Below, in pieces: positions 45,822-57,191 of a DNA stretch of 64,000 nucleotides. The translations under genes and the position numbers were made by a program. The notes beneath the pieces were generated by a model. That model saw nothing but the letters and a program-made list of their open reading frames with translations. It did not search any database and had not been told where the DNA came from. Position 1 is the stretch's first letter, and each line of letters opens with the position of its first letter. The stretch lies in IMG/VR virus record IMGVR_UViG_3300029305_002470, positions 22,517 to 86,516 of that record. One strand, written 5' to 3'. The DNA is from a virus. Lineage: Duplodnaviria; Caudoviricetes.

Positions 45822-46967
45822 ATGAGTGAAAAAATTAAAAAGACAAATTGGGTTTCAACTTTTAAACTTATAGGCAAAGCAAAAATTAATGACAATAGTT
45901 TTAAGATTGATAACATATCTGAGAGTGGATGGTGTTATAACAATCTTAATCTTGGCGTTGATTGTGGTGAAAAATATGGTAATGTTTATGCCAATTTGAT
46001 GGGTGGTTATTCTACAAAGAATCATGGTGTAATTTATGTTCATGGCAAGAAAGATGATGGTACTGATGATTGGGACAATTCATTTACTGTAGATTGGGAT
46101 GATAGATTTGATGATGAGATTCTTGATTCAATAGGTGATTTTTGTTTTATTAGAATCGGTCTTGAAAACACCGAGGGTGGTAATATTTATACACAAAAAT
46201 TCCTTTCAGCATATGATGCTGTAGCTTATGTTAAAGAACATCTTGTTAATGATATGGTCATTAATGTGCAGGGAAATATGCGTTATAGTTTTTATAAAGA
46301 TGGTGTCAGTTTGCAGAGAAATATTAATAGTATTTTTTTGAGCAAGGCAGAACCAGAAAATTATAAAGCAACATTTGCACAGTCTGTACTAATTGATAAA
46401 GAATCAATTAATCTTAAAGAGGACATAGACAAGGATAGAAATTCTGTTAAGATTCATACAAGAGTTTTGGATTATGTAAAAGAAATTAATAATGTAGAAT
46501 TTAAGGGACAGTATCCACTGCCATTTATATTTGAATATGAATATTCATCTGAAGAAATGTTTAAGAAAATTTATCAAACACTTTTCAAAATTAAAAAGGG
46601 TGTAAGACAAATTAATTTTGAAGGTGAATTTATTAATAGTGGCGCAGTTGTACAGGCAACTATGGATGATGTACCTGATGATGTAAAACTTCTTATTGAT
46701 ATGGGTCTGTATACAGAAGAAGAAATTCTTACTAAATATGCGGCACAAGGTAATACAGAAAGAAGATGTGTATTGACTAAGCCAATTGTTAAAATTGAAG
46801 GCGATGATGATAATAGGACTGCGGTCATTCAGATGTTTGATGAAAGATATACTGAAGAAGAACTTGAAATTCAAATTGAAAATTCAGAATCTGATTCTGA
46901 CTCATTAGATTTCTCAGCAATTATGGATGACGATGATGATTTGGATTGGCTGTCAGAACTTGCATAA
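45822..46967 (+). CDS. Putative single-stranded DNA-binding protein
   Basis: Beta-rich, very acidic C-terminal tail (DDDDDLDWL), heads the replication operon. Confidence 0.6.
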   Translation: MSEKIKKTNWVSTFKLIGKAKINDNSFKIDNISESGWCYNNLNLGVDCGEKYGNVYANLMGGYSTKNHGVIYVHGKKDDGTDDWDNSFTVDWDDRFDDEILDSIGDFCFIRIGLENTEGGNIYTQKFLSAYDAVAYVKEHLVNDMVINVQGNMRYSFYKDGVSLQRNINSIFLSKAEPENYKATFAQSVLIDKESINLKEDIDKDRNSVKIHTRVLDYVKEINNVEFKGQYPLPFIFEYEYSSEEMFKKIYQTLFKIKKGVRQINFEGEFINSGAVVQATMDDVPDDVKLLIDMGLYTEEEILTKYAAQGNTERRCVLTKPIVKIEGDDDNRTAVIQMFDERYTEEELEIQIENSESDSDSLDFSAIMDDDDDLDWLSELA

Positions 46968-46979
46968 AGGTGGTGAAAT

Positions 46980-48128
46980 ATGAAATACGGAAAAAAGAAT
47001 CAAGTAAATCTTAATCCTCTCAATTATAATATTTGTGTTTTAGGCGAGGCAAAAATCGGAAAGACAACTTTAATGCACCAAGTTTGTGAAAAGCTTGTAG
47101 GCGAAGATGGATATTTGTTCTGTGAAATGGGAGCAGAACGTGGAGCGGATGCGATTCAAGGAATTCCATATGTTAATTGTCCAACATGGTCGGATGATTA
47201 TGATGAACTTGAAAATACAATTGGAATTGAAACTCTTGTTGATGATATTGTAGATAATAAATCAGTAGATTATCCAGAACTTAAAACAATCGTTATTGAT
47301 ACATTCGATTTCTTTATTGAACTTGCAGAAGCAGAAAGTATTAGACAGTATAATAAACAGTGCAGAGAACGTGGAGATGCTGATAAAGTAGTAAAGACTA
47401 TTAACGCCGCATGGGGTGGTTATGGTCGTGGAGAAAAACAGGCTATACAGCTTATGTTTGAATTGACAGATAAGCTTGCGTCTGTAGGTGTACATACTAT
47501 TTTTATTAGTCATACAAAACAGAAAGAAATTTCTGATGTAGTTAGTGGAAATTCATATTCTATTTTGACATGTGATATGCAAAATAATTATTTCAATGCA
47601 CTTAAAAAGAAGCTTCATTTCCTTGCCGTTGCATTTTATGATAGAGAACTTGTGGCAAGCGGCAAGAAGAAGAAGGTTAATAATAAAGATGTAGATATTA
47701 AAAAGATTAGTAAAGAAAGCAGAAAGATTAAGTTCCGTTCTGATGATTATTCTATTGATAGCGGTTCAAGATTTGCTGACATTGTAGATGAAATTCCTAT
47801 GGATGCAGATGAGTTTATTAAGGCTTTAACAGATGCCATTGAAACTGAAGCTTCAAAGTCTGGGCAGTCTATTAAAGAGGTAAAGAAAGAACAGGACAAG
47901 CTTGCCAAGGCGAAGAAAAAGAAAGCTACAGAAGCAGAACTTAAGGCGAAATCAGAACATGAACTTGAAGATACTGTTGAGGCTATTGTAGATTTCTTCC
48001 AGAATAATAAAACTAATCTTGATGTGATTAAACCAATTTTGAAAGAAATTAAAAATCTTGGTTATGATAAACCACAATCAATTTCTGATTTAGATAATGC
48101 AAAAAAGATTTTAAATCTTTGTAAGTAA
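46980..48128 (+). CDS. AAA_24 / Sak4-like ATPase
   Basis: Walker A GEAKIGKT, Walker B IVIDT, YGRG, FISH. Confidence 0.8.
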   Translation: MKYGKKNQVNLNPLNYNICVLGEAKIGKTTLMHQVCEKLVGEDGYLFCEMGAERGADAIQGIPYVNCPTWSDDYDELENTIGIETLVDDIVDNKSVDYPELKTIVIDTFDFFIELAEAESIRQYNKQCRERGDADKVVKTINAAWGGYGRGEKQAIQLMFELTDKLASVGVHTIFISHTKQKEISDVVSGNSYSILTCDMQNNYFNALKKKLHFLAVAFYDRELVASGKKKKVNNKDVDIKKISKESRKIKFRSDDYSIDSGSRFADIVDEIPMDADEFIKALTDAIETEASKSGQSIKEVKKEQDKLAKAKKKKATEAELKAKSEHELEDTVEAIVDFFQNNKTNLDVIKPILKEIKNLGYDKPQSISDLDNAKKILNLCK

Positions 48129-48147
48129 TACAAAAGGATAATGAGTC

Positions 48148-48603
48148 ATGACAGAAAAAGAAAAGAAAGCCGCAGAAGAAAAAGTATTTCGTGACCTTTG
48201 CGATTATGTTAAAACGGAGATAATGGGGTATGATGAAAATCAATCTCTAAGTAGGGACATGATATTGAGATTAAGAGGGTTAAAAACGGGACAGTATATG
48301 GCTAATAAGAATAGTCCGTCTATGGCTCATTATCCATATAAGGTCATTCTTTTAACTTTTAAATATGTAAAACAACATGAATTAGATAATATATTGCGTT
48401 CTAAAAAATTTAATAATGACCAACATAAGTTTAATTATATTTTAAAAATTATAGATAATAATATTAATACTGTTTATAATAAAGTAAAAAAAATAAAAGA
48501 AGAACAACACAGAGCAGATAATATTGAAGTTGTAGAATTACCTAATTATACTAATCAATATGCTCAACAAAAAGTAAATAAAGATTTGGAGAAATTCTGG
48601 TAA
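48148..48603 (+). CDS. Conserved hypothetical protein upstream of the helicase
   Basis: LRLRGLK-G--M-NK motif; AAGGA RBS. Confidence 0.7.
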   Translation: MTEKEKKAAEEKVFRDLCDYVKTEIMGYDENQSLSRDMILRLRGLKTGQYMANKNSPSMAHYPYKVILLTFKYVKQHELDNILRSKKFNNDQHKFNYILKIIDNNINTVYNKVKKIKEEQHRADNIEVVELPNYTNQYAQQKVNKDLEKFW

Positions 48604-48607
48604 AACA

Positions 48608-50080
48608 ATGGCAAAGCAATTAACCGCTTTTGAAAAAGAGCAAGCAGAATGTGCGCAGAAGATAAATGAATATAAGCTTTTATCTGAAGCAAATATAGTT
48701 GCGAGTATATTTAAAAAGCCAGAGTTAATGTATAATGTAGATTTAAAATTAGAAGATTTTGGACATAATATTTGGAAGTGTTGGTATGCCGTAGCAGATG
48801 GTTTAATTATTAAAGAAAAGAAAACAAGTCTTGATGAAATTTCAGTAGGGATTTATTTGGAAAAGCATCCTAAATTAAGAAGTAAGATTCAAGAGTATGG
48901 TGGATATTCTACTATCAATGATGCCACAGCATATATTAATCTTGATAATTTTGAAAGCTATGTTAATGATATTAAAAAATTTAATGTTCTATTACAATTA
49001 TTGAAATATGGTTTTCCAATTTCAGAAAAGCTATCAGAATATATTGATAAAACATCAGATGAAATTTATTCTGAATTAGAGCTTATGCTTAATCATACAT
49101 TTTTAAATACTGAAAGCAGTATCAAATCTTATAATGCTTTTGCAAACATTCATCAATATATTGACGAATTAAACAATGGAGCAGATATTGGATTACCATT
49201 TTATGGAGCAGATTTATTAAATGCAGAAACTGCTGGTATGAGACTTGGCACTATGACTGGATTGGGCGGACTTAGTGGTAGTGGCAAAAGTTTACTTGCT
49301 TTTAATTATTTAATTCCGTCTGCAATTAAAAATCATTTTCCAACAGTATTTATTATTAATGAAGAAGATGAAAAACGTTATAAAAAGGAAATGATTATAT
49401 GGGTAGCTAATAATATTTTTCATGCCAATGTATCAAAGTATCAATTGCGAAACGGACATTTTGGTGAAGAGTTAATGAAAATATTTCAGCAATGTGCAGA
49501 TTGGATTGAAGATAAACAAGAACAACATATATTAACTATTGTGCCATTACAAACTTATTCAGTTAATATTGCAATTAAGGTCATAAAAAAATATGCTCGT
49601 ATGGGAGTGCAGTATTTTGTTTTAGACACAATGAAACCAAGTGCGAATGCAAAAGGGGAAATATATCAAAGTATGATGTCTGATGCTGTAGCTCTATATG
49701 ACGTTATTAAACCAACTAATTTAAATGTACATTTATTATGTACATATCAACTTAATAAAGCATCATCTAAATTACGTAAATTAACATCTGATAATATAGG
49801 GATGGCTAAATCAATTGTTGATGTTATGTCAATGAATATTATGGTTAGACATCCACATGCAGATGAATTTGATGGGGAATCACACGCACTTAAATGTTAT
49901 AGATTAGATAAGAAAAATAAAATTCCATTTACATTGGATAAAGATAAATCTTATCTAATAATATTTATTACTAAAAATAGATTTGGTCGTGCTAATCACC
50001 AACAAATTATTGCAGAGTTTGATATGGGTACAAATAAATATCGTGAAGTTGGTTATACAATAATCATGGAAGATTTTTAA
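48608..50080 (+). CDS. dnaB: Replicative DnaB-like helicase
   Basis: GLSGSGKS, INEE, VLDT-K, YQL, KNRFG. Confidence 0.88.
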   Translation: MAKQLTAFEKEQAECAQKINEYKLLSEANIVASIFKKPELMYNVDLKLEDFGHNIWKCWYAVADGLIIKEKKTSLDEISVGIYLEKHPKLRSKIQEYGGYSTINDATAYINLDNFESYVNDIKKFNVLLQLLKYGFPISEKLSEYIDKTSDEIYSELELMLNHTFLNTESSIKSYNAFANIHQYIDELNNGADIGLPFYGADLLNAETAGMRLGTMTGLGGLSGSGKSLLAFNYLIPSAIKNHFPTVFIINEEDEKRYKKEMIIWVANNIFHANVSKYQLRNGHFGEELMKIFQQCADWIEDKQEQHILTIVPLQTYSVNIAIKVIKKYARMGVQYFVLDTMKPSANAKGEIYQSMMSDAVALYDVIKPTNLNVHLLCTYQLNKASSKLRKLTSDNIGMAKSIVDVMSMNIMVRHPHADEFDGESHALKCYRLDKKNKIPFTLDKDKSYLIIFITKNRFGRANHQQIIAEFDMGTNKYREVGYTIIMEDF

Positions 50081-50097
50081 AGACGAAAGGATACACC

Positions 50098-51183
50098 ATG
50101 TTTGTAACTGAGATAAAAGAATATATATATAAAAATGGTAAAATTCCTTTTGTCTTAGAAAATCTTGGTTGTAAGAAAATAGAATATCATAACAATAAAG
50201 ATTATTATTCAGCTTGTTTTAAAGATGGTGATAATCCAATGGGTATAAATATTCGTAATAATATTTATTTAAATTATTGTTCATGGAGCAGAAATGTAGC
50301 ATGGGATGAGGGACAAGATTTAATTTCTCTTATTGAATATAGTAATCAATGTGATTTTTTAACCGCATTAAAATGGTTACATAAGATATTAGATATACCG
50401 TATTCAAATAAAGATATTAAAAAGAAACCTAATAATATTGATTTAAAATCAAAAGCATTATCTGTATTCACAAATTTTTTATCTCATAATAATAATGTGA
50501 ATGTGGGAGATATAGAAGTTTTAGATGAATCAATTTTAGATGAGTATACACCTATTGAGTATATTGGATTATTACATGAAGGAATTACACCTTATGCTTG
50601 TAAGAAATTTAATATTGAATATAGTTATCGCCGCAAGAGAATAATTATTCCACAAAAATTGTGGAGCACTGGACAAATTATTGGACTTAATGCTCGTACA
50701 ACAATTGATGGTTATGAACAATTTGGAATTAATAAATATAGTTTCACCAAGGGATATAATAAATCAATTAATCTTTATGGATTATGGGAGAATTATAATA
50801 GTATAAAAAAGAAAGGTTATTGTTGTGTGTTTGAAAGTGAAAAATCTGTATTAAAAAGATATTCACAATTTGATGAAACAGCAGTAGCATTATCTGGTAA
50901 ATTTATATCTGAAGAACAGAAACGTATTTTAATAGGATTAAATGTAGATATTATTCTTTGTTTGGATAATGATGTTAGCATAGAAGAAATATATTCTTTA
51001 TGTGAAAAATTTTATGGAATTCGTAATGTATATTTTGTAAAAGATACTAAAGGAAAGCTCGGTAAAAAAGACAGTCCTACCGATATTTCCGATGATATTT
51101 ATCAAGAATTATTATCTAATAAAATTAAATATACAAAAGAATTACATGATAAATATTTAAAATTAATTAATAAGGAGAGGTAA
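50098..51183 (+). CDS. dnaG: DNA primase (TOPRIM)
   Basis: FESEKSV, ALSG, LDND, KDSP; directly follows the helicase. Confidence 0.8.
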   Translation: MFVTEIKEYIYKNGKIPFVLENLGCKKIEYHNNKDYYSACFKDGDNPMGINIRNNIYLNYCSWSRNVAWDEGQDLISLIEYSNQCDFLTALKWLHKILDIPYSNKDIKKKPNNIDLKSKALSVFTNFLSHNNNVNVGDIEVLDESILDEYTPIEYIGLLHEGITPYACKKFNIEYSYRRKRIIIPQKLWSTGQIIGLNARTTIDGYEQFGINKYSFTKGYNKSINLYGLWENYNSIKKKGYCCVFESEKSVLKRYSQFDETAVALSGKFISEEQKRILIGLNVDIILCLDNDVSIEEIYSLCEKFYGIRNVYFVKDTKGKLGKKDSPTDISDDIYQELLSNKIKYTKELHDKYLKLINKER

Positions 51184-51184
51184 C

Positions 51185-51331
51185 ATGGATATAATTATAT
51201 GTCCTATTTGTAGTAGTATTTTATATCCAGATGATATAATTTATAAAAATGCAGAAAATGAATGTATAGGATGTCAAAATTGTGTCGCTGAACATGAAGC
51301 AGTAGAATTGACATTTGAAAATTATGATTGA
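51185..51331 (+). CDS. Small Zn-binding protein (48 aa, not in ORF track)
   Basis: GAGAGG RBS; CPIC and CIGC--C. Confidence 0.5.
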   Translation: MDIIICPICSSILYPDDIIYKNAENECIGCQNCVAEHEAVELTFENYD

Positions 51332-51386
51332 AATTTGGATTGAAAATTTGAAATCAAATTGGAATTTTGAAAAGGAGTTTTAGAAA

Positions 51387-51578
51387 ATGTTTTATTGTAC
51401 TGAATGTGATAATATTTTTGAACGTCCATATCTTTATTCTGAAGACCCATCGCCTCGTGGTATAGCATTGCCAGCAGGAGAAGAAATATATGAACTATGT
51501 CCTATTTGTGGTTCACCATATATTGAAGAAGTAGATGAGGGCGAATACGATGAAGATGATTTATGGTATGAGGGTTAA
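51387..51578 (+). CDS. Zn-ribbon acidic protein
   Basis: CTEC...CPICGS; AAGGAG RBS. Confidence 0.7.
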   Translation: MFYCTECDNIFERPYLYSEDPSPRGIALPAGEEIYELCPICGSPYIEEVDEGEYDEDDLWYEG

Positions 51579-51730
51579 AGATTTATCAAAGAAATATTTT
51601 GGAGATTTAGTTCCTGAAAATAGAATGGGAATAAAATTAAAACCACAAAAAGATAAAGTCGTAGAAAAAATATTAAAGCAATATAAAAATTAAAAACGGA
51701 TTTTACGTAGATAAATTTATAAATAATTAT

Positions 51731-52819
51731 ATGAGACTATCAAAAGCACAATTAGAAGAAATTAAAAACGAATATGGCGTAGATAATTTATGGAGTTGGT
51801 CAAGGATTTCATCTTGGCATACTTCAAAATATGATTGGTTCTTACATTATGTATTACATACGCCACCTGATAGAGTAGATTGTATTTATGGACAAGAAGG
51901 TTCATACTCTCATGATATTATAGAGAAGTTTTACAATCATGAAATTGAATATAAAGATATGATAGATGAATTTGAAGACAGTTGGAATATGTCTCGTAAT
52001 ATTCTTGGTCTTAAATTTAATCGTAATGATAATGAAAAAGATATAAGCATAGGTAATAAATATTATGAGAACTTAAAATTATTTTTTCAAAATCATATAC
52101 CACTAAATTATGATATTGTTACAGAAGATTTTGCATTAATACAATTTGATGATATAGTAATGCAAGGTTATATTGATGCTTGGTATAAAGATGAAGCTGG
52201 ACATTATCATATTATAGATTGGAAAAGTAGTACCATTTATACTGGTAATACATTAAAAGAAAAAAGTGGACAGCTTGTATGTTATGCGATGTCATTTATG
52301 AATAAAGGAATTCCACTTAGTAAAATACATTTGCATTTTAATTTCTTAAAGTATTGTACTATTGCATATGAACAAGCTAATGGTAAAATAAAAGAGATGA
52401 ATGTTGAGCGTAGATTACTTGGAGAAAAATTACAAACTCCATGTAAAATGTGGCTAAAGAAATTTGGTTATGATGTAGATGAATATCTGCCTAAGATATT
52501 AGATACTATGGATATTAAATGTTTGCCACAAGAAGTTCAAGATAAATTTCAGATTAAAGATTGCTATGTAGAAGTTCCACTTGATAAAGATATAATAAAA
52601 TATTGGAATAATTATGTTATTGATACTATTAATAATATTGAAGGGGCAATAATGAATTATGAAATTTTTGATGATGATTCTATGTTCCAAGATAGTATTG
52701 ATGAAGTAGCGGCACAATCATTTTATTATGCAACATTATCTGAATACAGCACAAATCTTAATTTGTGTTATAAAAAATACATAGAAAAACTTGAAAATGG
52801 TATTGACATTTTAACGTAA
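51731..52819 (+). CDS. PD-(D/E)XK exonuclease (RecB/Cas4-like)
   Basis: SWSRI, GS--HD--E, QGYID, IIDWKSS, QL--YA. Confidence 0.8.
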   Translation: MRLSKAQLEEIKNEYGVDNLWSWSRISSWHTSKYDWFLHYVLHTPPDRVDCIYGQEGSYSHDIIEKFYNHEIEYKDMIDEFEDSWNMSRNILGLKFNRNDNEKDISIGNKYYENLKLFFQNHIPLNYDIVTEDFALIQFDDIVMQGYIDAWYKDEAGHYHIIDWKSSTIYTGNTLKEKSGQLVCYAMSFMNKGIPLSKIHLHFNFLKYCTIAYEQANGKIKEMNVERRLLGEKLQTPCKMWLKKFGYDVDEYLPKILDTMDIKCLPQEVQDKFQIKDCYVEVPLDKDIIKYWNNYVIDTINNIEGAIMNYEIFDDDSMFQDSIDEVAAQSFYYATLSEYSTNLNLCYKKYIEKLENGIDILT

Positions 52820-52831
52820 ATATGTTATACT
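52803..52831 (+). promoter_or_regulatory. sigma-A promoter
   Basis: TTGACA-N17-TATACT with extended TG; the -35 lies within the end of the upstream gene. Confidence 0.7.
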
Positions 52832-52866
52832 GAATAAACATTCAGTGAATTATAGGTGAGGTTATT

Positions 52867-53670
52867 ATGAGTACAATTAAATTTTTACAGGGCGATTGTC
52901 TAAGGTGGATGGATAAAATTTCTACCAAGGGACAAATTATAGATGTTGTATTAACATCGCCACCATATAATACAAGTAGACCGTCATCAGAACGTAGTAT
53001 GGAAAACTATGAAGGACGTTATAAGGTATATGATGATTTAAAAACCAGTGTTGAATATTGTGATTGGTGTGTTGATATATTTAATCACATTGATAAGATA
53101 CTTAAACCAAATGGCGTGGTACTCTGGAATGTATCATATGGGACGGATGCAACTGTAAATACTGAAGGTATTGGGCTAATGTGGAATAGTATTAGTGATA
53201 TTATTCGTAATACTAATTTTACAGTAGCTGATAAAATAGTTTGGAAAAAGAAATCAGCATTGCCTAATAATGTATCTCCAAATAAGCTTACTCGCATTTG
53301 TGAAGAAGTGTTTGTGTTTTGTCGTAAATCAGAATACAAAACATTTTATGCTAATAAAGAAGTTAGCAAAATTGGTAAAAATGGACAAACATTTTACAAA
53401 GTTTTATATAATTTTATAGAAGCCGCTAATAATGATGGTGTAACAAAAATTAATAAAGCTACATATAGTTCTGAGCTTTGTCTTAAATTACTTGAAATGT
53501 ATGCTCCAAAACATGGTTTAATATATGACCCATTTATGGGAACTGGGACAACAGCTATAGCATGTGAAATATTAAATTTAAATTGTATTGGTACTGAAAT
53601 TGATAATGAACAAGTAGAGTATTCTAATAATCGTTTAAAGGAATATAGAAATGGAATATCATGTAAATAG
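52867..53670 (+). CDS. DNA methyltransferase (beta class, probably N4C)
   Basis: TSPPYN, DPFMGTGTT. Confidence 0.88.
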   Translation: MSTIKFLQGDCLRWMDKISTKGQIIDVVLTSPPYNTSRPSSERSMENYEGRYKVYDDLKTSVEYCDWCVDIFNHIDKILKPNGVVLWNVSYGTDATVNTEGIGLMWNSISDIIRNTNFTVADKIVWKKKSALPNNVSPNKLTRICEEVFVFCRKSEYKTFYANKEVSKIGKNGQTFYKVLYNFIEAANNDGVTKINKATYSSELCLKLLEMYAPKHGLIYDPFMGTGTTAIACEILNLNCIGTEIDNEQVEYSNNRLKEYRNGISCK

Positions 53671-54019
53671 AAAAGTATGGCAAGTGCTTTGGAATGCAAT
53701 TTTAGGACATTTAGGTTTTGGTAGTAATAACGGAACACAATTTAATAATGATATTTTTGAATGTAAATCTTATTGTTGGTTTGATGATGGTGATGATATA
53801 GAACGTAATGATTATCATTTTTATCATAAGCCAAGTGGATTTAAAATACAATGGTATAAATATGCTTTACGTGGGGCATATTGTAATATGAATATATCAG
53901 ATGAACAATTTGTAGATATTTTATATGATTGTTTTAATTCATTACAACCTATAAGTGGTAACGTAAAAATTATTTATGATGTAGATAAATGGTGGGCAGA
54001 AGAAAATGTTGAAGAATAA
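53651..54019 (+). CDS. Hypothetical protein
   Basis: ORF overlapping its neighbours. Confidence 0.6.
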   Translation: MEYHVNRKVWQVLWNAILGHLGFGSNNGTQFNNDIFECKSYCWFDDGDDIERNDYHFYHKPSGFKIQWYKYALRGAYCNMNISDEQFVDILYDCFNSLQPISGNVKIIYDVDKWWAEENVEE

Positions 54020-57000
54020 TTATGTAGTATATCATTTACATTCGGATATAAGTTCTGCTGTAACTAATATTGATAGTATTAATAAACCTGAACATTATGT
54101 TGATTATGCTAAATCTTTAGGGATGGTCGCTATGGCATTTTCTGAACATGGAAATGTTATGGGATGGAAACATAAAAAAGATATTATTGAAAATGCAGAC
54201 ATGAAATATATTCATGCCTGTGAATTTTATCTAACTGAAGATGATATTAAAGAAGATAAACACAGAGATAACTATCACTGTGTATTAATAGCAAAAAATT
54301 ATGATGGTGTAAAAGAGCTTAATTTATTATCTTCGCAATCGTTTAATAGAGATGATTGGCATTTTTATTATATGCCAAGAATATCTGTTAGAGATTTATA
54401 TAATACTTCAGATAATATTATTATAACATCTGCATGTCTGGCCAGTGTATTTAATCGTGGTAATATTGAATTGCAAAAAGAGATGTTAAACTTCTTTGTA
54501 CAGAATAGACAAAGATGTTATTTAGAAATACAACATCATAACTGCGAAGACCAAATTGCATATAATAAAAAATTGTATACAATACATCAACGTACAGGAA
54601 TTCCACTTATAGCAGGAACAGATACTCATGCGTTAAATGATGTATATGCACAGGGCAGAAAGGTATTACAGAAAGCCAAAGATGTATTTTTTGCCGATGA
54701 AGATAATTGGGATTTAACATTCAAGACATATGATGAATTAGTACACGCATATGAAATACAAAATGCGATTCCTAAAGAAGCGTATCTTGAAGCAATTAAT
54801 AATACTAATATAATGGCAGAACAAATTGAAGAATTTCAACTTGATTATACTCCTAAATATCCAAAATTATATAAGGATTCTGAGAAGGTTTTTAAACAAA
54901 AAATAGCACAAGGATTAAAAGATAGGAATATTAATTCATCTTTGCCGAATTATCAAGAGTATAAAGATAGAATAGCCTACGAATATAATACATATAAACA
55001 TAATGGTGCTATAGATTTTATGCTTCTTGAAGAAAATTATAAATCTGAAATGCGCAAGCAAGGTATTGAATATGGATATTCAAGAGGTTCTGTTTCTGGA
55101 AGTATTATAGCTTATCTATTACATATTACAGAAGTAGATAGCATACAACATCATCTTAACTATGAACGTTTTATGAATAAAGAGAGGGTGAGTTTAGCCG
55201 ATGTCGATACGGACTTTTATTCCGCGGATAGGAAATTTGTTAAGGATTATTTATATAATAAACATGGACTATTTTGTTGCGATATTATCACTTTTAATAC
55301 TGTAAAATTAAAAGGTGCTATTAGAGAAATAGGTAGAGCAATGAATATTTCTCTTGATGAAGTTGATGATATTTGTAATAACTTAGAAGATAAAGAAGAA
55401 GAATTAAGAAAACAATATAAAGAATTATTTTATTGGGCAGACCTTGTTACTAATGTTGTAGTCTCAGTAGGATTTCATCCAGCAGGAGTTGTTGTTTCAC
55501 CATTTCCTATTGATGATTATTTTGGTACATTTACCACAACAACTGACGAATATAGAATTGCTCAATTAAATATGAAAGAAATTGATTCTTTAAATTTTGT
55601 TAAGCTAGATATTCTTGCTCTTGATAATATAGGATTAATTAACCAAACATGTAAACTTGCAGGGATAGATAGATTAACTCCGCAAACAGTTAAAGATGAT
55701 ATTAATGTGTGGAATAGTATTAGAGATGATACTACATTAATATTTCAATTTGAATCAAATTTTGCATCAGATTATATTAAAGAATTATTTTCTAATAAAA
55801 CTATTAATAAAATAAAAAAACGTAATCCGAATTTCTCTTACATAGATTTAATGTCTGTAGCTAATGGAGCATTACGTCCAGCAGGAGAAAGTTATAGAGA
55901 TGCGCTTAAACAAGGTGATGTTAGAGATAATGGACATGAGGCATTAAATAATATGCTTGCTTCTACAAGTGGATTTCTTGTATACCAAGAACAAGTTATC
56001 CAATTCTTACATGAATTTTGTGGATATACTATGGGCGAAGCTGATATTGTCCGTAGACATTTCGCAAAGAAAACAGGAACCGATGAGGACATCCCTAAAA
56101 TTCGTGATGGTTTTATTAAAACTATGAAAGAAAAATATAACACATCACAAGAAGAAGCAGAAAGAATTATTGTTGATTTCTTAAGAGTAATTGAAGATGC
56201 CAGTAATTATCTGTTTTCATTGAACCATGCATTGCCATATTCTTACATTGGATATATATGTGGATATTTAAGATATTATTATCCATTAGAATTTTTAACA
56301 AGTGCATTAAATATATTTGAAAATAAAGCCGATGACACAGCACGTATCATAGCATATGCTAAAAAGAACGGTATTGAAATTAAGGGCATTAAATTTGGCA
56401 AATCAGAATCTAAATATACAATGGATAAAGAGAATAATTGTATATATAAAGGAATCGCAAGTATTAAATATTGCAACAATGATATTGCTACTGAATTATT
56501 TGAATTAAGTCAACGCAAAAAATATAATAATTTTATTGATTTGCTTAAAGATATATATGCTTATACATCTTTAAATTCAAGACAGCTTAATATATTAATA
56601 GGATTAAATTTTTTCTCAGAGTTTGGAAAAAATAAATATCTAATTAATATTGTAGATATATACAATAAATTTGGTACTTGTAAAATTATTAATAAAAATA
56701 ATCTTGAAGAGTTTAATAATCAATATGGACTAACAGAATTAATGCTTGATAAATATTGTGGTAAGTCCACAGCAAAACAATACAGAGAAATAGATAATGA
56801 AGGATTAATCAAAGCTTTATGTGAAAAATTAGAAAACAAATCATTATCTATTAGTGAACAAATTAAATTTGAAGATGAAATGCTTGGATATATTGATTAT
56901 GTAAATTCTAAAGTACCAGAATATTTTTGGATTGTTACCGAATTTAAAGTATATAATAATAGTAGCAAACCATATTTAACACTGCGTAATATACACAGTG

Positions 57001-57191
57001 GAGAAACAGTAAAAACCAAAATTAAAAAAGCCAAAATTTTTGACGCCAATCCATTTGAATTATATTCAGTTTTAATATTTAACAATCTTTCTTATGAGAA
57101 TAAACATAAAAAGGTAGATGGCAAATGGATTGAAATTGATGAAAAAGAACCTGTGTTAAATGCTTATGAAGTATTAAAAGGATGTGAATGA
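54006..57191 (+). CDS. dnaE: DNA polymerase III alpha subunit (DnaE-like)
   Basis: PHP domain (HLHS, EHGN, GTDTH), RGSVSGS, SLADVDTD, HPAG, VKLDIL, VYQEQ, FS-NHA--YS. Confidence 0.95.
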   Translation: MLKNNYVVYHLHSDISSAVTNIDSINKPEHYVDYAKSLGMVAMAFSEHGNVMGWKHKKDIIENADMKYIHACEFYLTEDDIKEDKHRDNYHCVLIAKNYDGVKELNLLSSQSFNRDDWHFYYMPRISVRDLYNTSDNIIITSACLASVFNRGNIELQKEMLNFFVQNRQRCYLEIQHHNCEDQIAYNKKLYTIHQRTGIPLIAGTDTHALNDVYAQGRKVLQKAKDVFFADEDNWDLTFKTYDELVHAYEIQNAIPKEAYLEAINNTNIMAEQIEEFQLDYTPKYPKLYKDSEKVFKQKIAQGLKDRNINSSLPNYQEYKDRIAYEYNTYKHNGAIDFMLLEENYKSEMRKQGIEYGYSRGSVSGSIIAYLLHITEVDSIQHHLNYERFMNKERVSLADVDTDFYSADRKFVKDYLYNKHGLFCCDIITFNTVKLKGAIREIGRAMNISLDEVDDICNNLEDKEEELRKQYKELFYWADLVTNVVVSVGFHPAGVVVSPFPIDDYFGTFTTTTDEYRIAQLNMKEIDSLNFVKLDILALDNIGLINQTCKLAGIDRLTPQTVKDDINVWNSIRDDTTLIFQFESNFASDYIKELFSNKTINKIKKRNPNFSYIDLMSVANGALRPAGESYRDALKQGDVRDNGHEALNNMLASTSGFLVYQEQVIQFLHEFCGYTMGEADIVRRHFAKKTGTDEDIPKIRDGFIKTMKEKYNTSQEEAERIIVDFLRVIEDASNYLFSLNHALPYSYIGYICGYLRYYYPLEFLTSALNIFENKADDTARIIAYAKKNGIEIKGIKFGKSESKYTMDKENNCIYKGIASIKYCNNDIATELFELSQRKKYNNFIDLLKDIYAYTSLNSRQLNILIGLNFFSEFGKNKYLINIVDIYNKFGTCKIINKNNLEEFNNQYGLTELMLDKYCGKSTAKQYREIDNEGLIKALCEKLENKSLSISEQIKFEDEMLGYIDYVNSKVPEYFWIVTEFKVYNNSSKPYLTLRNIHSGETVKTKIKKAKIFDANPFELYSVLIFNNLSYENKHKKVDGKWIEIDEKEPVLNAYEVLKGCE

